A stretch of DNA of 64,000 bases from Candidatus Latescibacterota bacterium (GTDB lineage: Bacteria > Latescibacterota > UBA2968 > GCA-2709665): NCBI GenBank assembly GCA_965219995.1, contig CBDCOX010000002.1, positions 2,592,001 through 2,656,000 on the forward strand, read 5' to 3'. How positions within the stretch are numbered: the stretch's first letter is position 1; each line of letters starts with the position of its first letter. Of this stretch, positions 10,601 to 18,514 are shown piece by piece. A program made the position numbers and the translations under genes. The notes under the pieces are model-generated. The model ran no database searches. It saw only the letters and a list, made by a program, of their open reading frames with translations, and was not told the origin of the DNA.

Positions 10601-10993
10601 CGCGGCGTCGACCATCCGGGCAGAATGGTCGGCGCGCCTCTCCGGACTCCAGAGCTGCAGCGCGCTGATCAGACGCTGATGAAGTCCGCCGAACGCGTGT
10701 TCGACCTGCAGTGCGACGTCTTCCGGTGAAGGCGGAAGGAATAACGGACGAAAGCAGTACAGTACCGCGAGAACGGCCAGAACAAGCCCCGCAACACCCA
10801 CCACGGCCACCTTGACTGCCGGCGGGAGATAGAGGGCGGTTTCAAGGAGAAGCAGAACGAAAAAGCATCCCAGCGCGCAGCAGAGAGTCAGTCCCGCGCC
10901 GTACATGACGCGGGCGGCAATCTGCCTTTTCCGAAGCGCGTACAGCCTGCGCAGCAGGTTCCGGTACGCGGCATTTGCGGATAATCCGGACAT
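7658..10993 (-). CDS. DUF4175-like membrane-anchored protein with Ig-like and long coiled-coil regions
   Basis: N-terminal TM helices with LHQRLISALQL, YPAYT, D.PP.I...P, ARDDFGV, LLPGD; C-terminal Q/E-rich coiled coil ending in RILSRLLDAQRS...YQRLIRSYF. Confidence 0.8.
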   Translation of the reverse strand: MSGLSANAAYRNLLRRLYALRKRQIAARVMYGAGLTLCCALGCFFVLLLLETALYLPPAVKVAVVGVAGLVLAVLAVLYCFRPLFLPPSPEDVALQVEHAFGGLHQRLISALQLWSPERRADHSARMVDAAVIQADEALARLNLDPLVARNQPLRMAGLCGAFGIAILVAFAILPGPLTAAAGRLARPHTAYARPPETFIAVHPGSAEIIAGEPFAITATLTGLVPLRAGIYLREDDAWTFLELLVRNGRIEHRIPAVTRSLQYRLQANDAETPVYTVTAKPRPMVLRLRHDNRYPAYTRLEEVRDVDGGDIVAVAGTSTTLHVESSLPLSAAEIVFDDSVTSRARTDGRSALFDLMVSRNRRYTVALRDTHDIASTDPVEYRIVALQDHPPEIRLLRPGKDTELGEDMQVPLFAEARDDFGVAKIEIRYRLNDDEAAEILPFPLDEPDVGELTRTYVWDLSGLDLLPGDRVVFRLRAYDGNTVSGPGITETPGFTIRFPSLLEIHRQAQQAQQEGLEQMTAIREEGEAVRERLEAFAHRLLKERKMQWQHGKELETAVDDQANAAERLENVSEKLEETLDRLEQSGLLGDETLQKLHQIQELLTEIETPGLKEAMEELRDAMQRVDPAAVEEALKAFRGEQEGFQQSLERTIDLLRQLRTEQTLEALARALEALSEEQRRVVENIGDERVPSSLAGRQDAIRKRTDSFEDELAQSAGKLAEHPAAAEQLGRLTDRFEAQRITERMRLVSRDLRGESARSARTRGARIAGDLDRFAKELDAVRQAFVNRRKEALTRQLGQLIHNLLGLSTAQEETLRKAEGLSRDSDPAVLATEQARILAGATRLANHLMEAAHRTYFVTPETGASLGRALIGIREAAGHIQAGAGSRAADAGKDAMGALNDAALALRKVIEDISAAGSSVGLEEMLQRMQELAGQQSDLNAQSESLLDSRRPSSEGRGGQMSLSRMAARQRAILQALQEVRRRMGGRRQALLGDLDNIASEMEAVVQEMQDRRAGSGTLERQRRILSRLLDAQRSIRQRGRSTERRARRGSDLAYRGPGSLPPNLGEADNPLRKRLREALDAGFAIEYQRLIRSYFESLMQDALTREDAR

Positions 10994-11029
10994 AGGTGAG
11001 GGGAGCGTTATTACGGAGGCGTCGCGCGG

Positions 11030-11734
11030 TTAGTGGGAAAGCGCCCAGACGATAACGTTTGTGCCCATCTTCAATGCGGCATCCCGCTTTTCAGGCGGAT
11101 CTTCGTGAACATCCGCGTCGTTCCAGCCATCCCCAAGGTCGCATTCGTAATTGTAAAAGACCACAAGCCGTCCTTCGTGAAAGATGCCAAAGGCCTGTGG
11201 TCGTTTCCCGTCGTGCTCGTGGATCTTGGGAAGGCCGTCCGGGAACGGGAACGGGTGTTGAAAGATACCGAACGAGGGCGGCAACTCCACCAGTTCCTTA
11301 TCCGGGAACGTCCGTTTGATTTCACGGCGGAACGCACTGTCGAGTCCGTAGTCGTCGTTGGCAAACAGGAAGCCGCCGTGTTCAAGGTACGTGCGCAGGC
11401 GCCTGACCTCGTCTTCGGAAAATCGGATATTTCCATGCCCGGTGAGGTAGAGAACGGGATAAGCGAAGAGATCCTCGTCCATGATTTCGACCCTGGCTTC
11501 CCGGTCTGCCGTATGGATCGTCGTCTGACTTCGGATGAATGCCAGAAGGTTGGGAATTTCGGTGGGCCCGTTGTACCAGTCGCCCCCGCCGCCGAACTTG
11601 AGCCGTGCTATGGTAAACGTCGCGGGAGGTTCCGGCAGTTGCGCCGGAATGCGGACGGCGCCAACCGCCAGAAGGAAAAACAAGGCACAGGGCACTCCCC
11701 GTCGGCCGGATCGTCCTGCGGCGTTGTATGGCAT
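11030..11734 (-). CDS. DUF4159 domain-containing protein
   Basis: IARLKFGGGGDWY, YPVLYLTGHGNI, GGFLFANDDYG, GLPKIHEHDG, DLGDGW. Confidence 0.92.
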   Translation of the reverse strand: MPYNAAGRSGRRGVPCALFFLLAVGAVRIPAQLPEPPATFTIARLKFGGGGDWYNGPTEIPNLLAFIRSQTTIHTADREARVEIMDEDLFAYPVLYLTGHGNIRFSEDEVRRLRTYLEHGGFLFANDDYGLDSAFRREIKRTFPDKELVELPPSFGIFQHPFPFPDGLPKIHEHDGKRPQAFGIFHEGRLVVFYNYECDLGDGWNDADVHEDPPEKRDAALKMGTNVIVWALSH

Positions 11735-11881
11735 TGAAATCCTGTTTATCCGTCTTCAGGATTGCGACCGGAATCAGTGAAACTGGGGCCGGGCGAGGGG
11801 AACGGAGGCATGTGTGGCCCGCGTTCCGGCGCCCGGCCCCAGTTTAGACGTGACAGGCAATCGGAAGTTCCAGGGCTCCGG

Positions 11882-12247
11882 TCAACCGGAATCGATCTGA
11901 AGCAGTCGTCTCGCCCCGTCCGGCGACGGCGCGGGATTCTTCTCAAAACTGAACGTGCAATCGAACCCCACGTCGGCCAGACATCTTTCGTCGATCGGAA
12001 ACGCGTTGCACTGGAGAGGCCGGTTTTCGTAGATGCTGCAGACCGAGAATCCATCGTCCTGTTTGACCAGGAAGGGACATTTGAAGAGAATCTCGCAGCA
12101 ATTGCCGCACCTGTTGCATTCGCCCGCAAGGAGCGTTGCCTGCTGCGCAACGTAGGACTTCCGAAAATGAACCAGGAACAGTCGGCGAATTTTCCCTGCG
12201 GCCTGACGAGCCCTGAACGGCAAATTCATGCGTGCTCCGTTTTTCAT
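11882..12247 (-). CDS. Small cysteine-cluster protein (YkgJ/CxxCxxCC family)
   Basis: CNRCGNCC...CPFL...CSIYENRPLQCNAFP motif set. Confidence 0.8.
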   Translation of the reverse strand: MKNGARMNLPFRARQAAGKIRRLFLVHFRKSYVAQQATLLAGECNRCGNCCEILFKCPFLVKQDDGFSVCSIYENRPLQCNAFPIDERCLADVGFDCTFSFEKNPAPSPDGARRLLQIDSG

Positions 12248-12269
12248 CTGTCGCAGAGGCTTCTTCAGG

Positions 12270-13793
12270 TTAGCTCCGCGACGTGGGGTCCCGTTCTACA
12301 CCTGCCGGAGTCGACAGCCGGAAGAGTTGCCGGATCTCCTGCCACTCTCCGGTTTCAAGGAAGTTCCAGCCCCACAGCACGAACGGATAGGCCAGCAACA
12401 GAATGCACCGGGTCGCGACACCGGACGGGCTGGCATCGGAAACCGTTCCGGACACGACAAGAAAAACGATGCCCCCGGCGACCGCGACCTTCGCCAGGCG
12501 GGCGTACTCGTAGGAGACCGGGTAAAACCGTCGGGTGTGGAGATAAAGGAAAACGACCATGACCCCGTAGGCGGCCAGCGTACTCCAGGCCGCGCCAAGC
12601 ACGCCTATGCGCGGGATGAGCAATAGGTTGAGTCCCACATTGATGACCGCGCCCAGGCCCACAACGAAGGGCAGCATGCGTGAACGGCCCTCCGCGTAGA
12701 CGCCGGCCGTCAATATAATGTATATGCCGGACAAAAGGAACGCAAGGGTTACAATAGGGATGACGCCCTGTGCCGGCAGGTATTCGGAGGCCCTGTCACC
12801 GCAGCCCAGCAGGATGAGATCCCGGGCAAAGGTGGAAAGTATCAGCAGCAGCAGGGTCGCTCCCGCGGCAAAGTAGGTGGTCATCCGGGCGACGACGTTG
12901 CGGGCCTCCGTTCTGTCCGGAATGGCCAGGACCCCGGGCGCCCACGCGGCGCGGAATACGCGCGTAAGCATCTGCATGGGCAGACAAAAACGGAAGAGGA
13001 TCTGAAGGATCCCGACGGGGTCCTTGCCAATGAAAAGATTCAGAAGCAACCGGTCGGACAGGTTAATCAGCAGAAGGGCCGCGGCGGAGGGAACGAAGGG
13101 CAGGCCAAAGTGCAGAAGCTCGCGCAGGATCGCGGGCGAATAGACGGGCCGGAGTTTGCGAAAACCCACCGGACACAGGGCCAGAAAGGCAAACGTCGAG
13201 CTTGCCAGGTTGCTCCAGAATATGGCACGTACCCCGTGTCCTTCCCAGGCAATCAGATAAACGGTGAGGCCGAGCTGCAATGTGTGCTGGATGAACCGGA
13301 CAGCCGCGTAAATTCCGGAACGTTGCCGCACCCTGCACAGCGTAAAAAAGGGTTCGGAAAGGGTGTCCAGCAGCAGAATGACTGCGATGATCCGGAAGAT
13401 ATCGGCGTAGGACGTGGAATTGAGAAAGAAAACAGCGAGGGGTACCGCGGAAGTCCATACGAGGACAGAAAGCAGGACGCCGACGACCAGAAGTGTCCAA
13501 TATGCCGTGCTGAACTTGAGGCGAATGACTTCGACGCCGCGCTCGACGGAAAGATGGCGGACAAGCGCGTGGTTCAGACCCAGTGCGTACAGGAGAACGC
13601 TGAAACTGACAAAGGCGTACGCCAGGGCCATGTCGCCGTTTTCGGAAGGCGAAAGGAGGCGGGCGTAGACCGGCACCAGCAGGATGCCCGTCGCCTTGCC
13701 GAGCAGGTCGCCCATCCCGTAAACGGCAGTGTGTTTTGCGAGCGATTTGACGTGACGCAAGCGCATGGAAAATTCGCGGCCATCCATCTTCAC
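12270..13793 (-). CDS. Oligosaccharide flippase (Wzx / polysaccharide biosynthesis protein, MOP superfamily)
   Basis: LAKHTAVYG.G, LLVPVYARLLSP, SDR motif, LNLLLIPRIGVLGAAWST; about 14 hydrophobic segments. Confidence 0.88.
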   Translation of the reverse strand: MKMDGREFSMRLRHVKSLAKHTAVYGMGDLLGKATGILLVPVYARLLSPSENGDMALAYAFVSFSVLLYALGLNHALVRHLSVERGVEVIRLKFSTAYWTLLVVGVLLSVLVWTSAVPLAVFFLNSTSYADIFRIIAVILLLDTLSEPFFTLCRVRQRSGIYAAVRFIQHTLQLGLTVYLIAWEGHGVRAIFWSNLASSTFAFLALCPVGFRKLRPVYSPAILRELLHFGLPFVPSAAALLLINLSDRLLLNLFIGKDPVGILQILFRFCLPMQMLTRVFRAAWAPGVLAIPDRTEARNVVARMTTYFAAGATLLLLILSTFARDLILLGCGDRASEYLPAQGVIPIVTLAFLLSGIYIILTAGVYAEGRSRMLPFVVGLGAVINVGLNLLLIPRIGVLGAAWSTLAAYGVMVVFLYLHTRRFYPVSYEYARLAKVAVAGGIVFLVVSGTVSDASPSGVATRCILLLAYPFVLWGWNFLETGEWQEIRQLFRLSTPAGVERDPTSRS

Positions 13794-13894
13794 CGGTGTC
13801 GGACACGACGGCCGCCGCGCCGCGTTGGAACCGGAGAATGCAGGTCGGATTCCGTGCCCGGGCCGGCCTGCGCCGGGTTGGAAGGATGTGATGT

Positions 13895-16324
13895 CTACAA
13901 CATGGAAACAGGATCGATATCCACGTCCAGGGTCACTGCGGCGCGGCGATTTCGGCCGAATTCGCGCATGGCCATGTGGGCGAGGACGTTCAGGTGTCTC
14001 GATGAGGGCGTCTTAAGCACGACCTGCCACCGGTAGCTCCTTCGTATACGGGCAAGCGGCGCCTGCGCGGGGCCCATCACGTCAATGCGCGGCAATGCCA
14101 TTGCGCGCATGGCCTCGGCGCACAGCCCTGCGGTTCGTGCGACGTCATCTTCACGTCTGCCCTTGAAGAGAAGCAAGGCCATACGGCCGAACGGCGGATA
14201 GCTGACGCTGCGTCGTCCTTCGAGTTCAAGTTCGGCGAACCTGTGAAAGTCATGCTTCCGCGCACACTGCACGGCTTCACTCTCCGGCAGGTGAGTCTGT
14301 ATGACGACCTCGCCGGGAGAACGTCCACGACCGGCCCGTCCGCTTACCTGCGTGAGCAGTTGAAACGTGCGCTCGCCGGCTCTGAAGTCCGGCAGATGAA
14401 TGCCGGTATCGGCAGAAATGACGCCGACAAGGGTGACGCCGGGAAAATCCAGGCCCTTGGCTACCATCTGCGTGCCCAGCAGAACGTCAGCCTCGCCGAG
14501 CCTGAAGGACTCGAGAATGCGGTCGTGCGCCCCTTTTCGACGGGTCGTATCGACGTCCATGCGAAGGAGGCGCAATTCAGGGTACTGCTCCTTGAGCGCC
14601 TCTTCCACGCGCTGCGTACCCACACCGGACATCCGCAGATTCGTTCCCTCGCAAGCGCGGCATGCGGACGGCGCAGGCGTTTCGAAAGCGCAGTAGTGAC
14701 ACACCATCCGCCGGCCAGGGGCATGGTAGGTGAGCGTGACCCGACAATTCGGGCATTGTACACCCGCGCCACAATCCAGACATTGGACGAATGGAGCATA
14801 TCCTCTGCGGTTCTGCAGCAGGATGACCCGCTCCTTCTTTGCCAGGCGGTCCCTGAGTTTCTCCCGCAAGATCCCGGAAAAGAGGCCACCGCTCTCTTTC
14901 CTCATATCAACGAGGATGACATCCGGCAGGGGACGGGAATCGATCCGTTCCGGCAGAGGAAGCAGATGGAATTTTTCGGTGTCGACGTTGTGATAGGATT
15001 CGAGCGCGGGCGTTGCCGAGCCTAGAATGATGGGGATATTCTCCATTTTTGCCCGCATCACGGCAACATCGCGCGCGTTGTACCGGGGCGCCGGATCCGA
15101 CTGTTTGTAGGCGCCATCATGTTCCTCGTCCACAACAATAAGGCCAAGATTTGAGACGGGCGCAAAGACCGCGGAACGCGCGCCGATGACAACGGTCCGC
15201 CGGCCCTCCCGGATGTCCCGCCAGGCGTCGTAGCGTTCGCCTTCCGAAAGGGCGCTGTGGATAACGGCGACCCGGTCGCCGAAGTGGGACCTGAAGCTGC
15301 GCACCGTTTGAGGGGTGAGCGAAATCTCGGGTACCAGAATCAATGCGCCAAGTCCGGATCTCAGTACACGTTCGACGGCCCGGATGTAGACCAGCGTCTT
15401 GCCGCTGCCGGTAACTCCGTGAAGGAGAAAGGAACTGAATCTGGGGGGGGTGAGCGAATCCTGGATTTCCTCTAAAGCTCCTTCTTGATGCACGGTGAGC
15501 CTAAGCTGCTCTGGCGTGGCGGACGCCAGGTCCGCGTATGGGTCCCGCCGGACTTCCCGCTGGAAGATCCGAACCAGTCTGCGGTCTGCCAGCGCTTTCA
15601 GGATGCCCGGCGCGATCCCTGCCCGGCTGAGTGCGGCGGCGGACATCGCGCCCCCGCATGCCCGAAGGCGCTTGAGACATTCCGCCTGCCGCGGCGCCCT
15701 GCGTTTCAGCGCGGGCCATTCCACTTCGAACCACCGCGCATCCGGAACCAGTTGAACCACGCGCTCCCGTTTGGACCTGACCCGGGGATCTTCGATGATC
15801 TGATGGGTTGTGAGCATACCCCGTCGAAGCAGGCCGTAGACGGCACTGCGGACCCCGTTCCCGCGCAGACGACGCTGCAGCTGGCGGAGGCTGGCCGGTC
15901 CATGCGACTGCAGGTGGTCGAACACCTGCCGTTGGCCGGGGGTAATCGCATCGCGACCGGCGCCGTTGAGGGCGTTGACGGCGATGCGTTGCCCGCTGTG
16001 GGTATGGATGCCGGCGGGAAGGGCGGCCGTAAGCACTTCGGACAAGGTGCAGACATAATAACCCGCCATCCACCGGCAGAGGTCCAGGACGCCTGGAGAG
16101 ACGACGGGATAGGGGTCGAGCAGGATGCCGATGGACTTGATGTTTTCCAGGTCGGTCGTGTCCTGAAAGCCGACCACGATGCCCGTCGTCCACCTGGGTC
16201 CCAGTGGAACGAGCGCCCTGTATCCGACTTGAACCTGTTGTCTCAGGTCGTCGGGAACCAGATACGTCATCTCGCTGTCGATCGGCGTCGCAAGGGGGAC
16301 AATTTGCGCGTAGTTTGAATCCAT
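13895..16324 (-). CDS. priA: Primosomal protein N' (replication restart helicase)
   Basis: LLHGVTGSGKT, LVPEISLTPQ, VDEEHD, two CxxC pairs, GTQMVAKGLDFP, C-terminal DVDIDP; start placed at ATG 16324 (MDSNYAQI). Confidence 0.96.
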   Translation of the reverse strand: MDSNYAQIVPLATPIDSEMTYLVPDDLRQQVQVGYRALVPLGPRWTTGIVVGFQDTTDLENIKSIGILLDPYPVVSPGVLDLCRWMAGYYVCTLSEVLTAALPAGIHTHSGQRIAVNALNGAGRDAITPGQRQVFDHLQSHGPASLRQLQRRLRGNGVRSAVYGLLRRGMLTTHQIIEDPRVRSKRERVVQLVPDARWFEVEWPALKRRAPRQAECLKRLRACGGAMSAAALSRAGIAPGILKALADRRLVRIFQREVRRDPYADLASATPEQLRLTVHQEGALEEIQDSLTPPRFSSFLLHGVTGSGKTLVYIRAVERVLRSGLGALILVPEISLTPQTVRSFRSHFGDRVAVIHSALSEGERYDAWRDIREGRRTVVIGARSAVFAPVSNLGLIVVDEEHDGAYKQSDPAPRYNARDVAVMRAKMENIPIILGSATPALESYHNVDTEKFHLLPLPERIDSRPLPDVILVDMRKESGGLFSGILREKLRDRLAKKERVILLQNRRGYAPFVQCLDCGAGVQCPNCRVTLTYHAPGRRMVCHYCAFETPAPSACRACEGTNLRMSGVGTQRVEEALKEQYPELRLLRMDVDTTRRKGAHDRILESFRLGEADVLLGTQMVAKGLDFPGVTLVGVISADTGIHLPDFRAGERTFQLLTQVSGRAGRGRSPGEVVIQTHLPESEAVQCARKHDFHRFAELELEGRRSVSYPPFGRMALLLFKGRREDDVARTAGLCAEAMRAMALPRIDVMGPAQAPLARIRRSYRWQVVLKTPSSRHLNVLAHMAMREFGRNRRAAVTLDVDIDPVSML

Positions 16325-16331
16325 TGACGGA

Positions 16332-17261
16332 TCAACGCACGGGGGGTTGGGCCACGGAATCAATCTCTTCAACCCAGATGGTGGATCGGGAGATGAACAG
16401 ACGGTGCTTGCGGCCGTGTTTTGTAGGCAGGGAAACGGGCTTGTCCTGCAGGGAGAGGGAGATGGCTGCGGGGTCTTCAATTTCCACACGGAACCGATCG
16501 CGTGCGGTCCACTGGAGGCTGGTACCGGAGAGCAGGCGATCTGCAAAGGTGGAATCGCCGTCGCTGAAGACGCTCATGCGGGTGTCCACCAGCGCACGTG
16601 CGGAAAGGATGATCTCGTCTTCCCAGATACCCGAATACTGCTGGGGAAGCGAATACGACGAAACCACCTTTTCGCCGCGTGGGGAGTTCCCGGTACTGTC
16701 CGGTTCCAGTGGCGGAGCCGAAACGGATTCCGGGTTCGCTGCGGCCATTTGGACGTCGATCGTTTCACGGGGGATCACGGGCTCAGGCGCCGTTGACGTA
16801 TCCGGAGCGGATGTCGTCGACTGGTTGACGTTCCCCGACATCGGCGTTTCCGTCGCGACGGGTGGCGGGGACGTCGAGTCCTGCCTCAGGAAAACGAACG
16901 CGATTACGACGACGAGCGCCAGCACGCAAAGAATCCCCAGGATGCGCCCGAAAGGCAGGGAACGATCGCGCGGGTGGCGTGCAACGAACTGATTGGATTC
17001 CGGAGAGGGCCTGATTTTATCGTATTTATTCAGAGTTTCATCGACATCGAGACCGACTTCCTGCGCGTACTTTTTGATGAATAGCCGAACATATATATCC
17101 GGAAGAATGGCGTAGTTGCCGGTTTCGATGGCCCGGAGATACTCCGGGTTGATCCGCGTCCGTTCGAACAATTCTTCGAGGGACATCCCGCTGGCTTCAC
17201 GATGTGCCCGCAACTCTGAAGCGAATTCCCGCATTAAAGGCTCCGAAATCAGTCCTTGCAT
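16332..17261 (-). CDS. rodZ: RodZ-like helix-turn-helix membrane protein
   Basis: N-terminal HTH (LRAHREASGMSLEEL...TRI...YLRAIE...LPDIYVRLFIKKYA), a single TM helix and a periplasmic C-terminal domain. Confidence 0.82.
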   Translation of the reverse strand: MQGLISEPLMREFASELRAHREASGMSLEELFERTRINPEYLRAIETGNYAILPDIYVRLFIKKYAQEVGLDVDETLNKYDKIRPSPESNQFVARHPRDRSLPFGRILGILCVLALVVVIAFVFLRQDSTSPPPVATETPMSGNVNQSTTSAPDTSTAPEPVIPRETIDVQMAAANPESVSAPPLEPDSTGNSPRGEKVVSSYSLPQQYSGIWEDEIILSARALVDTRMSVFSDGDSTFADRLLSGTSLQWTARDRFRVEIEDPAAISLSLQDKPVSLPTKHGRKHRLFISRSTIWVEEIDSVAQPPVR

Positions 17262-17854
17262 TGCCCGTCGGCAACCGTCAACGTCGACCCGCCCACCAAG
17301 CGTTCGAGGAGTGAGCAGAAGAGCGAAAGCGGCAACCCCACCACATTGTAGAAACAGCCGGAGATGGAGTGAACGAACGCCGCCGCCCTGCCCTGAACCG
17401 CGTACCCGCCGGCCTTGTCCATGGGTTCCCGCGTTTGAACGTACTGCCGGATTTCCCCGGGTGTGATCGGTCTCATGGAGACATCCGTGACAGCCACGTC
17501 GTGGATTGAACGGCCGGACCCGGTATCGATCAACGCCAGGCCGGTATACACGCGGTGCGTCTTTCCGGAGAGTCTGCCCAGCATTTGTACCGCTTCGTCT
17601 TCCCCTGCCGGCTTTTCAAGAATGTCGCCTTCCAGCACGACAACGGTGTCGGCAGCAAGGACGATTTCCTCGCGAAAACTGGCGGCGACCGCCCGCGCCT
17701 TCCGGCTGGCAATTTCGCGGACGTATTCTGCGGGTGGAATCGATCTGTCCAGGTCTTCCGAAACATGGCTCGGCACAACGTCAAAGGACATGCCGAGAAG
17801 ACGCAGAAGGTCGGACCGCCTCGGTGATGCTGAGGCCAGGATGAGCTTTTTCAT
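17249..17854 (-). CDS. maf: Maf family nucleoside triphosphate pyrophosphatase
   Basis: LILASASPRR, ADTVV, ILEKP, LSGKTH, DKAGGY, NVVGLPL. Confidence 0.95.
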   Translation of the reverse strand: MKKLILASASPRRSDLLRLLGMSFDVVPSHVSEDLDRSIPPAEYVREIASRKARAVAASFREEIVLAADTVVVLEGDILEKPAGEDEAVQMLGRLSGKTHRVYTGLALIDTGSGRSIHDVAVTDVSMRPITPGEIRQYVQTREPMDKAGGYAVQGRAAAFVHSISGCFYNVVGLPLSLFCSLLERLVGGSTLTVADGQCKD

Positions 17855-17905
17855 GGTGGGAAGGGTATTGCCCGGTTCGGCCGCGCGACAGCGACGTCCC
17901 GCATC

Positions 17906-18343
17906 TCAGGTCTCTATCATGAGGGTAACGGGGCCGTCGTTGTGAATCTCAACCTGCATGTTGGCGCCGAACTGCCCCGTGCGTACGGACACGCCCCGGC
18001 TGCGCAGCGCTTCCACGAAATCGTTATAATACGCCTCGGCCATCTCGGGTGGGGCCGCGCCGGAATAGCCGGGGCGGCGGCCCTTCCGGGTATCTCCATA
18101 GAGCGTGAACTGCGAGACAACCAGTGCCTGCCCTCCGACGTCGACGAGGGAACGGTTCATCTTTCCCTGCTCGTCTCCGAATACTCGAAGGTGGATGCAC
18201 TTATCGGCCAAATACTGAACGTTGTCGGGGGTGTCCTGCCGACCGACGCCCAGGAGAATCAGCATCCCCCGGCCAATTTCGGCGCTGAGCTGCCCGTTTA
18301 TGGACACCGCGGAACGGCCGACCCGTTGTACAAGCGCGCGCAC
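17906..18343 (-). CDS. dtd: D-aminoacyl-tRNA deacylase
   Basis: MRALVQRV, VSQFTL, KGRRP, NDGPVT. Confidence 0.96.
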   Translation of the reverse strand: MRALVQRVGRSAVSINGQLSAEIGRGMLILLGVGRQDTPDNVQYLADKCIHLRVFGDEQGKMNRSLVDVGGQALVVSQFTLYGDTRKGRRPGYSGAAPPEMAEAYYNDFVEALRSRGVSVRTGQFGANMQVEIHNDGPVTLMIET

Positions 18344-18514
18344 CCTGGTTCCCGGAAATCGAAAAACGCCACCATCAGGCGGGTTGCGTGGAAAAATCGC
18401 GGCACGCGGCGCAAGCCGTCATGCCAATGTCCAATTTAGCCGATTCACGAGGTCGAAGCAAGGGAAAGAACACGCGGGACGGCGCGGCCGGACCCGGTTC
18501 CCTGACCGCCGTAC

